Shown: piece by piece, positions 8,171 to 17,956 of the stretch
Numbering within the stretch: the first letter of the stretch is position 1
Layout of the letters: each line of letters starts with the position of its first letter
IMG/VR virus record: IMGVR_UViG_3300025849_003344
Length of the DNA stretch: 64,000 bases
Direction: 5' to 3' (one strand)
From: a virus
Lineage: Duplodnaviria; Caudoviricetes
The notes under the pieces: generated by a model
What the model saw: only the letters and a program-made list of their open reading frames with translations
What the model was told of the DNA's origin: nothing
Databases searched by the model: none
Translations under genes and position numbers: made by a program

Positions 8171-9877
8171 TTAAGCCGCTATTTTACTAAAGTTTTTTTC
8201 TTTTATAAATTCTAGTTTATGCTGAAACTTTCCATCCAGAATATCTCCCTTGTGAGAAATGATGAACGTATTTGAATTCTCATCAAGTGAATGTAAGATT
8301 TTCATGAGGTTTTCAACGCCATCGTGATCTAGACTGGAATCAAACGTTTCATCTAGTAGAAGTAGGTTTGTTGAAATAGAGTTTTTCATTTTAGCAATCA
8401 TTCTCCAAGTAAAGAGAAGCGCCAAATCGATACGCTGCTTTTCACCTTCAGAAAATGAGTCATATGAGAATGCATCTCTGTGGCGTGATCTTATTGTTTC
8501 TTGAAAGCTTTCATCTAAATCAAAATGAACGTAAAAATCTAAGATTTGCAGATATTGATTAACTAGCTTATTGATCACTGGCATGTATTGCTTAATGATT
8601 TTTGTTTTAATGCCTGTATCCTTTAGCATCTCTGACATAACATTGTTGTAAGAGTATTCTTCGTTTAGTTCAAATTTCTTATAATTTAAATCACTAACAG
8701 TATTTTCCATTACTGATAGTTCATCTTTAGCAGATTCAATATCACCAGTTTGATCTAGTTCTGTCTCCAGAGTTCGAATCTCATTTTGGATCCTGGCGAT
8801 TGTTTTATTGTTAGAATGAATAACTGACTGCTTCGATCGCACTCCAGTGAGTTCATTAGTGACCCTCGTAATATTTGTTTCCAGATCAGCATACTTTTCA
8901 GAGGCATGGTCCATTGCTTCTTTAAGTTCTTTTGCTTTAGCTTTGGAGTTATCCAGCTTCGATGATCTGAGTTCATCACTAATATCTTGGCTGCACGTTG
9001 GGCAATTCTCATTTTCTTCGTAGAACTTAGAATCTTTAACGACCTGGGACATTTGCTGGCGGAATTGAGCTTGGTACTGTACGATCGCTTGCCTTTTATC
9101 GTGGACTTTATTAAGTTCTTCTTCGAGCGGGGCTTGCCTTTCTTCAACTTCCGCCGATAGGCCAATGTTTTCATCTTGTAATTCCTTAGCTTCTTTAGTT
9201 AGCTCATTAACTCTAGAATCTTTCTTTTCCTTCTCTACATTATTCAATGCTTTAATATCAGAAATGTATTTTTTCTGAGTTGTAATTTTATTATTTTCGA
9301 CGTCTAATTTAAAGGAAATATCTTTTAGACTATCTTTAAGTGTAGCAGTTTTTTCTTTTAAAAGCTGATTCATTTTAGAAAAAACATTAATGTCCAGAAG
9401 ATCCTCGATCACATCCCGCCGGTGTTGTGCAGGGAGTTGCATGAAAGGAACAAAGGAGGACGACCCCAAGACAACGATCTGATGAAAGCTTTTATGATTT
9501 AGCTTCAAGATGTTTTGCTCGAGAATCTTCTGGTACTCTTTGGAATGAGATGATTGATTAATCATATCACCATTCTTCCAAATCTCAAATACGTTTGGTT
9601 TAATGCCACGTATAATTTTATACGAAGCTTTACCTACATCAAAGGTAACTTCAACCGAACAGTTTTTATTGTTAATTGAATTTACTAATTGTGGTTTGTT
9701 GATATTACGATGTGGCTTACCAAATAAACCAAACGCAATAGCGTCTAGCATGGTTGACTTGCCAGCACCATTTTGACCTACAATCAATGTAGACTTAGAT
9801 TGGTTTAAATTGACTTCTGTCCAATTATTACCTGTAGACAAGAAGTTTTTAAACCTTAAACTTTTAAATAAAATCAT
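8171..9877 (-). CDS. gp46: Recombination endonuclease ATPase subunit gp46 (Rad50/SbcC-like)
   Basis: GQNGAGKST, zinc hook CPTC, FSEGEKQRIDLAL, LLLDETFD. Confidence 0.97.
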   Translation of the reverse strand: MILFKSLRFKNFLSTGNNWTEVNLNQSKSTLIVGQNGAGKSTMLDAIAFGLFGKPHRNINKPQLVNSINNKNCSVEVTFDVGKASYKIIRGIKPNVFEIWKNGDMINQSSHSKEYQKILEQNILKLNHKSFHQIVVLGSSSFVPFMQLPAQHRRDVIEDLLDINVFSKMNQLLKEKTATLKDSLKDISFKLDVENNKITTQKKYISDIKALNNVEKEKKDSRVNELTKEAKELQDENIGLSAEVEERQAPLEEELNKVHDKRQAIVQYQAQFRQQMSQVVKDSKFYEENENCPTCSQDISDELRSSKLDNSKAKAKELKEAMDHASEKYADLETNITRVTNELTGVRSKQSVIHSNNKTIARIQNEIRTLETELDQTGDIESAKDELSVMENTVSDLNYKKFELNEEYSYNNVMSEMLKDTGIKTKIIKQYMPVINKLVNQYLQILDFYVHFDLDESFQETIRSRHRDAFSYDSFSEGEKQRIDLALLFTWRMIAKMKNSISTNLLLLDETFDSSLDHDGVENLMKILHSLDENSNTFIISHKGDILDGKFQHKLEFIKEKNFSKIAA

Positions 9878-10935
9878 ACTGTTTCGATAGCCTGTGCTTC
9901 AGTCATAAGATTACGCATAGAAACCTTTAGCCTAGGTTTATCTAAGTCTGTATCAACAGCTTCGATATACGAATCCAATAATTCAGTCGTCTCTTCAATT
10001 GAAACAGATTCATCTTCAACATTATCACCAATAAACTCGTCAAAGTTTTCAGCAATTTTTAGATCATGAATCTTCCTGTTTTGTATTCTATCAACAAATC
10101 GATCAAATGTAAACAGGTCTTTTTTATTAACGACAACAATTTTTACGAACTTATTATCTAAATCAGTTACGTTGTACTTATTATAATCTATTTTGTCGTC
10201 ATTGTACACAATTTTATGAAATAAAGTGTGAGGATTTTGTATAGCTTCTATCTCACGTGTTTCTGTATCAACAACATGAAAGTGTTTGGGATCATCGGCA
10301 TCAGACCAAAAGAATTCTAATTGAGTGCCAAGATATGTTACATTGTCACGCTGCGATTTAGTATGGTAATGTCCTGATAAAACTTTTTCAAACCGAGATA
10401 GTGTTCTATGATCTAATCCGTGCGGAGCAACAACACCACGCATAACATTAAAACCAGCAAATTCAAAGTGACCGCCGACCCAGTCGCACTTGGCATTTTG
10501 TATAAACTCCATTGTGCGGTCGTTGTTTTCAGGACAAATCCACGGTATCATTCCAATCTTAAGAGATCCATATTCCATTACGGTTGGTTCATGAATAATA
10601 TGGACCTCATTCATGTAATGCCCAAGTAACTCTTTTAATGAATTTAGATCATTAGTGTTTTTGTAGTAAGTGTCATGGTTACCACAAATGATATCCATTG
10701 TTATTTTTTCTTTCCGAATCCGTTCAAGGAATACATGGCGGTTCCGGTTAAGAGCGCGGAAGTTAATAAATTTCCTGTTATCAAAGTAATCGCCAAGATG
10801 GATAATATGGCGAATATCATGTTCCAAAAGATAAGGAAAAAATACATCATTATAAAATTTCTCTGCATTATCGAGAAATACGTCAGAGCTATTGCGGATA
10901 CCACAATGAGTGTCATTTAAAATTGCTACTTTCAT
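9874..10935 (-). CDS. gp47: Recombination endonuclease nuclease subunit gp47 (Mre11/SbcD-like)
   Basis: LNDTHCG, HLGDYFD, GNHD, GHYH metallophosphoesterase motifs. Confidence 0.97.
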   Translation of the reverse strand: MKVAILNDTHCGIRNSSDVFLDNAEKFYNDVFFPYLLEHDIRHIIHLGDYFDNRKFINFRALNRNRHVFLERIRKEKITMDIICGNHDTYYKNTNDLNSLKELLGHYMNEVHIIHEPTVMEYGSLKIGMIPWICPENNDRTMEFIQNAKCDWVGGHFEFAGFNVMRGVVAPHGLDHRTLSRFEKVLSGHYHTKSQRDNVTYLGTQLEFFWSDADDPKHFHVVDTETREIEAIQNPHTLFHKIVYNDDKIDYNKYNVTDLDNKFVKIVVVNKKDLFTFDRFVDRIQNRKIHDLKIAENFDEFIGDNVEDESVSIEETTELLDSYIEAVDTDLDKPRLKVSMRNLMTEAQAIETV

Positions 10936-11510
10936 TTAAAAAACTTTGTCAAATCAGAATCTACTTTTTGCATTGGACGCCGGCGTTTCTTTTCTTTTTT
11001 AACAAAAGCTTTTACTTCAGTATCATATTCTTTTACTTTTTCGATACGGCCTCTTAACGTGTCAATGAAGTGAGCTGATACTGCATTATCAGTTTCGTCC
11101 AATAAGAAAGATTCAACACCTGTTTGTGACATGTATTTAAATTTAATATCTTGCTGTTTCTTTTCTTTAGCAATACGACGTAAAAACGCATACCAAGAAA
11201 TCTGTGTAAAGTATGCAAACGCATTAGGTTTACCAGATCGTGTGGCTGCTTCTAGATTATAATTTTCGATGGCTTTTAAACAATTTTCAACTGCGTCCAT
11301 AACCATTTCTTCACGATACGTATACCGAATAAAGTTTGATTTATGAGAAAGTCCTTCAGCAATCTTAAGAAAACACTGAGCAATATAGTTTGGAACTATA
11401 GGGAGAGCTTCTTCGTTTTGCTTAGCTTCACGTACAATTGTAACGTAGTCTACAACCGCTTGTGAGAATTGTGCATTATTTACGTAATGTGGTCTATCTT
11501 TAGGTTTCAT
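10932..11510 (-). CDS. gp55: Late-transcription sigma factor gp55
   Basis: HYVNNAQF, IAEGLSHKSNFIRYTYREEMVMDAVENCL, NAFAYFTQI. Confidence 0.96.
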   Translation of the reverse strand: MKPKDRPHYVNNAQFSQAVVDYVTIVREAKQNEEALPIVPNYIAQCFLKIAEGLSHKSNFIRYTYREEMVMDAVENCLKAIENYNLEAATRSGKPNAFAYFTQISWYAFLRRIAKEKKQQDIKFKYMSQTGVESFLLDETDNAVSAHFIDTLRGRIEKVKEYDTEVKAFVKKEKKRRRPMQKVDSDLTKFFK

Positions 11511-11531
11511 AATATATCCTCAATATAATAT

Positions 11532-11561
11532 ATTCTATCACATTTGGGCACGGATGTACAC
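11532..11561 (-). promoter_or_regulatory. Early-type promoter for gp55
   Basis: GTGTACA-N17-TAGAAT, then an AGGA SD and the gp55 ATG. Confidence 0.7.
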
Positions 11562-11593
11562 TAAAAAAATAATTAATTTTAGCTAAATTAACT

Positions 11594-11623
11594 GTGTACA
11601 AACCATATAAACTGGTGTATAAT
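11594..11623 (+). promoter_or_regulatory. Orphan early-type promoter on the plus strand with no downstream ORF
   Basis: GTGTACA-N17-TATAAT pointing antisense into the uvsW operon. Confidence 0.6.
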
Positions 11624-11658
11624 TAAAGAGTAAGCACTGAGGGAGGACAGTATACCTG

Positions 11659-12093
11659 TCAGTGTATCTTATCTGAAGGTCCCGGAAACGATATGATATT
11701 TCCTAATTCTGCAGAATCTAATCCTTCTTGATCTGACATGTATTGTCTAGCTTTTTTCTCTGCCGTCTTTTTAACGTCATCTTCGTTATTGTCACTTGTA
11801 AGCCCTTCTAATGAAATAAAATACTCATTAATAAGATCTTTAGATGGAGCAGCTTCAGCCATAATATGTGAACATTGAATTATTTGAAAAGCTTCAGGTT
11901 CTAATTGATACATCATATAAGGGCGAAAGGCAAAAAATCTAACCCCGCTTGGATTCATGCTTTCGATAGCATATAGTTTAAGAGCTTTACGAACTACAAT
12001 AGCGTCTTCTTCTTCGTGAAATTCTACAACTTCACACATGACTTCTTCGCCGCCTGATAATTTAAATTGTCTAAGATCCAATTGGTACCTCAA
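11659..12093 (-). CDS. Conserved hypothetical protein downstream of uvsW (KLxxGEE Sm-like start)
   Basis: QFKLSGGEEVMCEV; occupies the usual position in marine T4-like phages; true start may be the TTG at about 12081. Confidence 0.7.
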   Translation of the reverse strand: MRYQLDLRQFKLSGGEEVMCEVVEFHEEEDAIVVRKALKLYAIESMNPSGVRFFAFRPYMMYQLEPEAFQIIQCSHIMAEAAPSKDLINEYFISLEGLTSDNNEDDVKKTAEKKARQYMSDQEGLDSAELGNIISFPGPSDKIH

Positions 12094-13597
12094 TTATTTT
12101 ATAATTAAACTCTTCTTTATTATATATTTTTACTCTTTCTTCGCTATGAAGGAGAGCATAGTTCTTTCTTCCTTTAGTATGCAAATCATCCGCTAAGTCA
12201 AAAAGTTTAGTAGCCTGTCCATTCTCCGATTTCCGTAATCCTCGCCCAATCGATTGTAATACTTTGATTTGTGATTTTGAGGGACTTGCAAATATAATAT
12301 TATGCAAATTCCGTATATTGATACCAGTGCTGAAAGTACCAAGACTAGCGACAATGATAGCATTTTTCTGACTCTCTGTAATTTCTCTTATAGCTTCTCG
12401 ATCAGATGTTGCAACTTCACCAGATACATAAAAAATCTTTCTACCTTCTTCAGCCTTATTATTAATCATATCAAAAAGAGGCTTACCGTGTTTATCGACA
12501 TAGTTGAATAACACAAGAGTATTTCCATCAGTATCTAAAGCTAAATTTCGAATAAAATTATTACGTTTTTCATTTCGAACAATAAAGTCAATTTCATCTT
12601 GATAATTTGCTTTTCCTAAAGACTTACGAATTTCTTCATCATATTTAAGAACAATTATATTTATATCGAGTTTAGCAAGCGTGTTACTGTCTTGCAGAGC
12701 CTTGGTTGTTGTAACCCTATGGATTTTACCGAACAAGCCTTGTAATACAAGGTGGTGGACTTGGGCGTTGTCCAGAGTACCAGTTGTACCAATTCTATAT
12801 TTTGCTTGACTACATTTATTCATAATGTCTGTCAGAGACTTAGATTTAAATCCATGGCACTCATCTCCGATAACCATGCCAAATTGCTCAAACCATTCAG
12901 GATCTAGTTTATAAATTGACTGCCACGTAGAAACTACAATATCAGAATCTATGCGGTCTTTGTCTTTACCCGAATAGATTTTATGAATGCCTTTAGCGTT
13001 ATATCCATAATCAATAAAATCTTTTTCCATCTGCTCAACAAGTGAAGTTGTAGGAACAACTACTAACACTTTATCGGCTTCAGGATAATTAACTTCGTTT
13101 GTTAAATATTTAAGCCATATTTGAGCTAAACAGTAGATAATTAAAGATTTACCAGAACCAGTTGGAGATAGTAGTACGCATCTATTTAAATTTAATGCTT
13201 TCATTACAGCATCAAATTGGTAATCTCTTATGTCAATTGGCTTGCCACGAGATTGAAGTTTTAGATCTTTAATATATGTAAAAACATCATTTGGGTCTTG
13301 CTCGCTTCTGTCTACTAAAGATCCGTAATCAGATGATTCTACTTTTAGAGTATAACTATTTCTTTTACAAAATTCATCAACAAAAGGATAAAGTCCTGCC
13401 GGCAATTCTCTTGATGTAGAATTAAATAATCTGATTTTACCATCCCAGATTTTTCGTTTGTACAGTTTCATGTACTTGTAACCAGGAACGAAGAAAGAAA
13501 AATATTCACTTAAACCATGAGCAATACCTGCATCGCAATCTACTAAAGCTATACTTTCATTTTTCTTCCATATTGTAATATCACCCGCCACTCTCAA
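12071..13597 (-). CDS. uvsW: UvsW SF2 DNA helicase
   Basis: IRDYQ, SPTGSGKS, GDECH, GTFSTGINI, QSIGRGLR. Confidence 0.97.
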   Translation of the reverse strand: MRVAGDITIWKKNESIALVDCDAGIAHGLSEYFSFFVPGYKYMKLYKRKIWDGKIRLFNSTSRELPAGLYPFVDEFCKRNSYTLKVESSDYGSLVDRSEQDPNDVFTYIKDLKLQSRGKPIDIRDYQFDAVMKALNLNRCVLLSPTGSGKSLIIYCLAQIWLKYLTNEVNYPEADKVLVVVPTTSLVEQMEKDFIDYGYNAKGIHKIYSGKDKDRIDSDIVVSTWQSIYKLDPEWFEQFGMVIGDECHGFKSKSLTDIMNKCSQAKYRIGTTGTLDNAQVHHLVLQGLFGKIHRVTTTKALQDSNTLAKLDINIIVLKYDEEIRKSLGKANYQDEIDFIVRNEKRNNFIRNLALDTDGNTLVLFNYVDKHGKPLFDMINNKAEEGRKIFYVSGEVATSDREAIREITESQKNAIIVASLGTFSTGINIRNLHNIIFASPSKSQIKVLQSIGRGLRKSENGQATKLFDLADDLHTKGRKNYALLHSEERVKIYNKEEFNYKIIEVPIGS

Positions 13598-14024
13598 ATA
13601 TTCTCCACTTAATCATATTGCCAATTGTTTGATGTCGCCAAGTAACGTTATTAATAATTTCGTTTAATGTTTCAATAATTGTTTTTAAATATTCTATTTT
13701 CTCAACAGAGTGCTGTATTTCCGGATCTGCATCGTAGTAATAATCCATTTCGCCTTTGAGTATCTTAAGCCCATCAAAAGGGTCCGGCTTCCAGCCTTTT
13801 TCACCAATTTCACTTTGATCCATTTTGCCATTGTAATAAAGCCACTTGTCCTTAAGCAATATTTTCTGGTTCTGTTCAGCCTTTTTTAGGCGAAGTTTTG
13901 TTGTTGAAAGAAGTTCTAAATATTTTGCATGAAGCATGGGAGTTTGTCTAGAAGATTCATCTAAACTAGTTTGACCAATAACACAGTCGCTCGACCACAT
14001 GTCGAGAATCATTTTTAAATCCAT
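13581..14024 (-). CDS. uvsY: UvsY recombination mediator
   Basis: LHAKYL, KWLYYNGK, PDPFDGLKILK, NVTWRHQTIGNMIKWRIFESG. Confidence 0.92.
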   Translation of the reverse strand: MDLKMILDMWSSDCVIGQTSLDESSRQTPMLHAKYLELLSTTKLRLKKAEQNQKILLKDKWLYYNGKMDQSEIGEKGWKPDPFDGLKILKGEMDYYYDADPEIQHSVEKIEYLKTIIETLNEIINNVTWRHQTIGNMIKWRIFESGG

Positions 14025-14038
14025 AATATATCCTAAGG

Positions 14039-14575
14039 TTATTCAATTTCAAAGTATGAGAACCTAAACGAAATGGGGAATGTCATATACTGAACATCTC
14101 CAGCCGCGGCTTCAAAAGCAATATCTCCTAATAGAGTGGGCACTGCATCTCTATATATTATCTTCTTCGCTATGTTATTATGGCTAGTCAATATAGAAAG
14201 ACTAATATCAGCAGTTGAAGGACCCTTTGCTCCGTTCTCTGCCTCTGCAGGTTTTACGTCTGGCGCTTCTACAAATGATTTCAGCCACTCATACATTTCA
14301 GTATAAGCTGAAAGGTTTTCATCCATAATAATCATTGCGGTCATTTCACCAAAAACTAGTTTGTCACCAGTAAGAGGGATAGATCCAATTCTTCTATAAG
14401 GAACTTCAATAGCTGAAATTTGCATATCTGGGTGTTGTACAGACTGCGCAAAATATTCAACGTTTGGAAAATACTTACGGTTAATGCCTAACTTAAATCC
14501 AGTTGGCTGTAAGTAGTTTACATTTGTTGCAAGAGTAGATTCTAGAATTCCAGTTGATATAGTTGGTGTAGCCAT
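14039..14575 (-). CDS. gp3: Tail completion / tube terminator gp3
   Basis: NYLQPTGFKL, FPNVEYFAQSV, GDKLVFG, DENLSAYTEMYEWL, PTLLGDIAF. Confidence 0.9.
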   Translation of the reverse strand: MATPTISTGILESTLATNVNYLQPTGFKLGINRKYFPNVEYFAQSVQHPDMQISAIEVPYRRIGSIPLTGDKLVFGEMTAMIIMDENLSAYTEMYEWLKSFVEAPDVKPAEAENGAKGPSTADISLSILTSHNNIAKKIIYRDAVPTLLGDIAFEAAAGDVQYMTFPISFRFSYFEIE

Positions 14576-14577
14576 AA

Positions 14578-15192
14578 TTAGTGTCCGTTCGTTACGGTGT
14601 TATAAAACAACTTGCCAGAGAAATCTGTAGTTTTAGCTATGCTAGGACCAGAGTAACTGAATACCGCCGTACCTGGGCCAGTATCGTTACCGAAAATAGC
14701 ATATAGTTTATAGTATTGGCCGTTTATTAAATTAAATGTGCCACTTCTTTCTGTCGCGCCATGTCTACCGCCATTTTGTACAACAGCATTATCCAGGTCT
14801 TCATTTGCAGGAGGTCCAGCGTCAGGTCCAAGGAAAAGATAACTGGCGTCATCTGAGTTAATAAAGAAAGTAAATTCGCCTGTAGCTGGTGCTAAGAAAT
14901 AACCAGTCTCAGTATAGGTTGTACTCTCACTAACTGTTCCAGGCCTACTAACGCTAGTAGTAGCACCTTCAGCCGAGATAGTTGCCCCGCCGTTAATAAT
15001 AACTGAGTCGTACGTAGGTTGGTCATCATAAGGTCCGGAACCTAGTTGTCCGAAGTAATTATTATAAGTTCTCTCATATACACCAGATGCAAGGGTAAGA
15101 TCACTAACGTCATCAGCGACAACGTCGCCCATCTGTATATTCCTGATCATGGAAACTCCAAGACCAGATCCCATACCCATACTAATAGTCAT
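14578..15192 (-). CDS. Putative head-spike fibre with a C-terminal PA14/GLEYA carbohydrate-binding domain
   Basis: TGYFLAPATGEFTFFINSDDASYLFLG...ERSGTFNLINGQYY is PA14-like; N-terminus MTISMGMGSGLG resembles the RcGTA spike-fibre anchor as recalled (MIALGLGLGL). Confidence 0.7.
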   Translation of the reverse strand: MTISMGMGSGLGVSMIRNIQMGDVVADDVSDLTLASGVYERTYNNYFGQLGSGPYDDQPTYDSVIINGGATISAEGATTSVSRPGTVSESTTYTETGYFLAPATGEFTFFINSDDASYLFLGPDAGPPANEDLDNAVVQNGGRHGATERSGTFNLINGQYYKLYAIFGNDTGPGTAVFSYSGPSIAKTTDFSGKLFYNTVTNGH

Positions 15193-15193
15193 T

Positions 15194-15457
15194 TTACCAA
15201 AGACCTACTAGGTTAGTTGCAGTAGTTCCGGTCGCATATACTCTAGACGCTCTAACAGGAATAACAGTACCGGCAACCACGCCACTCAACGTTACGGTAT
15301 CACCTAAAACCGTATCGATTTTGACATTACCTGCTCCACCAATATACAACGATCTAGTAGCATTAGTTAAATCAGTTGTGTCATTAGGTGTGATAGCAGC
15401 CGCATTTTCTGCAGGTGACTCAAGATGCGGCGAATAGCTTTTATATTTGTCTGACAT
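15194..15457 (-). CDS. Head-spike base protein similar to the RcGTA spike base (rcc01079 type)
   Basis: LESPA..A.AITP.D.TDL...R.LY...GNV......V.....AG..IPVR..RV.ATGTTAT pattern, recalled from the GTA spike base. Confidence 0.72.
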   Translation of the reverse strand: MSDKYKSYSPHLESPAENAAAITPNDTTDLTNATRSLYIGGAGNVKIDTVLGDTVTLSGVVAGTVIPVRASRVYATGTTATNLVGLW

Positions 15458-15482
15458 TATTTTTCCACTTTACCTTTAAATG

Positions 15483-15490
15483 TATTTATA
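15483..15490 (-). promoter_or_regulatory. gp55-dependent late promoter for the spike genes
   Basis: Exact TATAAATA immediately after the gp23 terminator. Confidence 0.85.
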
Positions 15491-15492
15491 AT

Positions 15493-15518
15493 AAAAAAAG
15501 GGCCGCCGAAGCGACCCT
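15493..15518 (-). terminator. Rho-independent terminator after gp23
   Basis: AGGGTCGC-TTCG-GCGGCCCT stem with a UUCG tetraloop followed by a T run. Confidence 0.9.
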
Positions 15519-15542
15519 CTAGTTAGATTTTTCCTATTTGGC

Positions 15543-16871
15543 TTAAGCCATAATGTTGTCGACTCGGAAAATTCTGTAGTATTGGTTTGATTTCGCAGCA
15601 GCAAGACCATTTGCAGGTGTTGCACCGACGAATGGGTTTGAAGCCATGCCGTAGCGAGTTTTGAAACCAATTTTTGGCTGGAAGTTATCTTCACCAACCG
15701 CACGAACCATTGTGAGCGGTACGTATGGGCAATAGAAGAGACCAGCGTCATATGGGTTTGTACCCTTATAACCAACAGTCACATAGTCAACAGTTGCATA
15801 TGGGTCAATATAGACTCTTGTGCGACCGTTAAGAACACCAGCAAATGTGTTGCCTGTGTCATCTACGTTCAAGTTAGTGGACAGCGCTGGAGTGTAATCC
15901 AACATACCGGAAGCAGCCAAAGCAGAAGCTACGTCTGAAGAACAGATAATGAAGTTACCTTTTCCTCTACGTGTTTCTTTTGCAATTACGTTTGCTTCAC
16001 GTTCGATTTGAACGATCAGGCCTTTGAATTTCTCAACAGACCAACGGCCATCTGCATCAGATGACATATCAAAGATACCGTTAACAGCTGTGGAAGCTTG
16101 AAGGGCACCAGTTTTGGCTTGCGAGTTGATTGTACGAATTACTTCGCGGTTGATTTCAGCCAAGATTTCAGTTGAAAGAATGTTGGCCAACTCTGTTTCA
16201 GCGTCAAGACCGTGAATCGCTTTCAAGTCTTGAGCAAGCTCTAGCGAGTACTCAGCTTTTAGCGCACGTGATTTCGCTGTCACAGTTGCTTTTTCAATGG
16301 TGAAACCCATTTGTTCGAAAGCATTGTTTGCGGAATCACCAAGAGTTTCAGCAGAGTCTGTTGTCATACCAATGTTAGCAAGATTGGTCAGACGATCTGA
16401 GTCAATTGTGTTTGGTGAGTTAGCGTTAGTAACATCCAAACCTGAACCGTCTGCACCAGCAGCCGCAGCAGTTTTTGTACCTGCGTGACGCGCGTTAGCT
16501 TCGTTGAACAGAGCTTCTGTTGAACCAGTTGCACCAGAGTCGTAACGTGATTTCATCGCAAAGATGAGACCAGTTGGGCCGGACATAGGCTGAACGCCAG
16601 CAACGTCATATGCCATTAGGTTTGGCATGGAACGACGAACCAATGAGATCAATACTGGATCCCATGTTCCGATTGAACCGGTGTTTGCACCAGCAGGAGC
16701 AGCTTCGGACAAGAAGCCATTGTGCTGTGCACGCTCTTCGCGCAGAGCAATTTCTTGGTTTTCTAGAATAGCAGCTGTAACTGCTTTTTTGTGGTGATCA
16801 TTAATAGTGCCAGCAGACTCTTCATTAAGTACTGGCGCCCACTTTTCGATCAACTTATCGTAAGATTGCAT
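15543..16871 (-). CDS. gp23: Major capsid protein gp23
   Basis: DPVLISLVRRSMPNLMAYDVAGVQPMSGPTGLIFAMKSRY, KSRALKAEYSLELAQDLKAIHGLDAE, QPKIGFKTRYG. Confidence 0.99.
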   Translation of the reverse strand: MQSYDKLIEKWAPVLNEESAGTINDHHKKAVTAAILENQEIALREERAQHNGFLSEAAPAGANTGSIGTWDPVLISLVRRSMPNLMAYDVAGVQPMSGPTGLIFAMKSRYDSGATGSTEALFNEANARHAGTKTAAAAGADGSGLDVTNANSPNTIDSDRLTNLANIGMTTDSAETLGDSANNAFEQMGFTIEKATVTAKSRALKAEYSLELAQDLKAIHGLDAETELANILSTEILAEINREVIRTINSQAKTGALQASTAVNGIFDMSSDADGRWSVEKFKGLIVQIEREANVIAKETRRGKGNFIICSSDVASALAASGMLDYTPALSTNLNVDDTGNTFAGVLNGRTRVYIDPYATVDYVTVGYKGTNPYDAGLFYCPYVPLTMVRAVGEDNFQPKIGFKTRYGMASNPFVGATPANGLAAAKSNQYYRIFRVDNIMA

Positions 16872-16888
16872 TGTTTTGGACTCCCAAA

Positions 16889-17941
16889 TTATTTGTGCGT
16901 CGATTTACGAATCGCGTTAATGTATTGAGCCATTGAAGTAGAAGATTCCATGATGTTTCCATCATCGTCTTCTGTTGTTTCTTCAATTACAGACTCAACT
17001 GTTTCTTTTTTGAAGTATGATTCTTTTACAACTTTAACTTTTTCAGCAAAAGTTTCAGTGTCTTCGAAATCGATATCTTCCACAAGCTTCGCAAGTTTTT
17101 CAACTTGAGTTTCTGCTAGATCTTTAGACGCTTCACGAATTACTTCGCTTCGTTTCATCATTTCTAGTTCTTCTGAGACTTGAATTGCTTTTTGCATAGA
17201 ACCGTTCAGAGCTTCTTCAAGCTCTTCTACTTCTGCTGCAAGTTCGTCAACTAGGTCAACTTTAGATTCAGGAACTTCAATGTAAGACTCGGTAAAGAGA
17301 TCTTTCAAAGATGTCATAAACTTCTCAGCAATCTCGGTGCGTAGACCAGATTGTACTGCTAGTTTATTTTCTTCCATCCATCCTTCTACGACGTAGTTAA
17401 GGTAGCTGTCAACTTTCTCTACAAGGTCAGCCTTAGTAGCTGATAGTTCCTCTTCGAGTTCATTGGCATATGATTCTTCCAAACGGTCAATTTCTTCTGA
17501 CAATTTAGATTTAATAGCTGCTTCAAAAATTACCGCTGTTTTAGCTTTAAACTCTTCGGAAAGAGTAGCTTCAGACTCGATTAATGCATCTAGATCTTGA
17601 GAAAAATCAGCTTGATATTCAACCATTGGTTGCGCATCGGTTTCCAATTCTTCTGCAACAGTTTCGCCCATAATTTTATTGAACATGCCTGCTAGCTCTT
17701 CTTTTTTCATTTTGCTAGCTTTCATGTACATCGCATTAATCATACCAGCTTTAGTTCCTGGCAGTTTTTGCATAGGATCTTTGGCTCCGCCTTTGCCACC
17801 TGGCTCTTTAGCGGTTTTGCCTTTTCCTTCAGCACCTTTTACAGAAGCGATTGATTGTGCTTCTGCATTCTTAGGATCGTGAGCTTCTTCGATTTCATTC
17901 TCGTCGAGCTCAACATCCTGGTCTTGGATTTGATCAGTCAT
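16889..17941 (-). CDS. gp22: Prohead core scaffold gp22
   Basis: LSEEFKAKTAVIFEAA, VDSYLNYVVEGW, KVKVVKESYF; acidic coiled coil. Confidence 0.95.
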   Translation of the reverse strand: MTDQIQDQDVELDENEIEEAHDPKNAEAQSIASVKGAEGKGKTAKEPGGKGGAKDPMQKLPGTKAGMINAMYMKASKMKKEELAGMFNKIMGETVAEELETDAQPMVEYQADFSQDLDALIESEATLSEEFKAKTAVIFEAAIKSKLSEEIDRLEESYANELEEELSATKADLVEKVDSYLNYVVEGWMEENKLAVQSGLRTEIAEKFMTSLKDLFTESYIEVPESKVDLVDELAAEVEELEEALNGSMQKAIQVSEELEMMKRSEVIREASKDLAETQVEKLAKLVEDIDFEDTETFAEKVKVVKESYFKKETVESVIEETTEDDDGNIMESSTSMAQYINAIRKSTHK

Positions 17942-17956
17942 GTTTTGACTCCTATA

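Noticed and set aside
8755-9174. 139-aa alternate-frame ORF inside gp46
   Set aside because: Fully nested in the coiled-coil region of an essential gene, with no SD or motif; likely a frame shadow
10675-10920. Hydrophobic 71-aa and 81-aa ORFs inside gp47 (holin-like look)
   Set aside because: Entirely overlap the conserved metallophosphoesterase motifs in other frames; no independent signals
15476-15775. 99-aa ORF overlapping the gp23 3' end
   Set aside because: Runs through the gp23 terminator and the late promoter; alternate frame only
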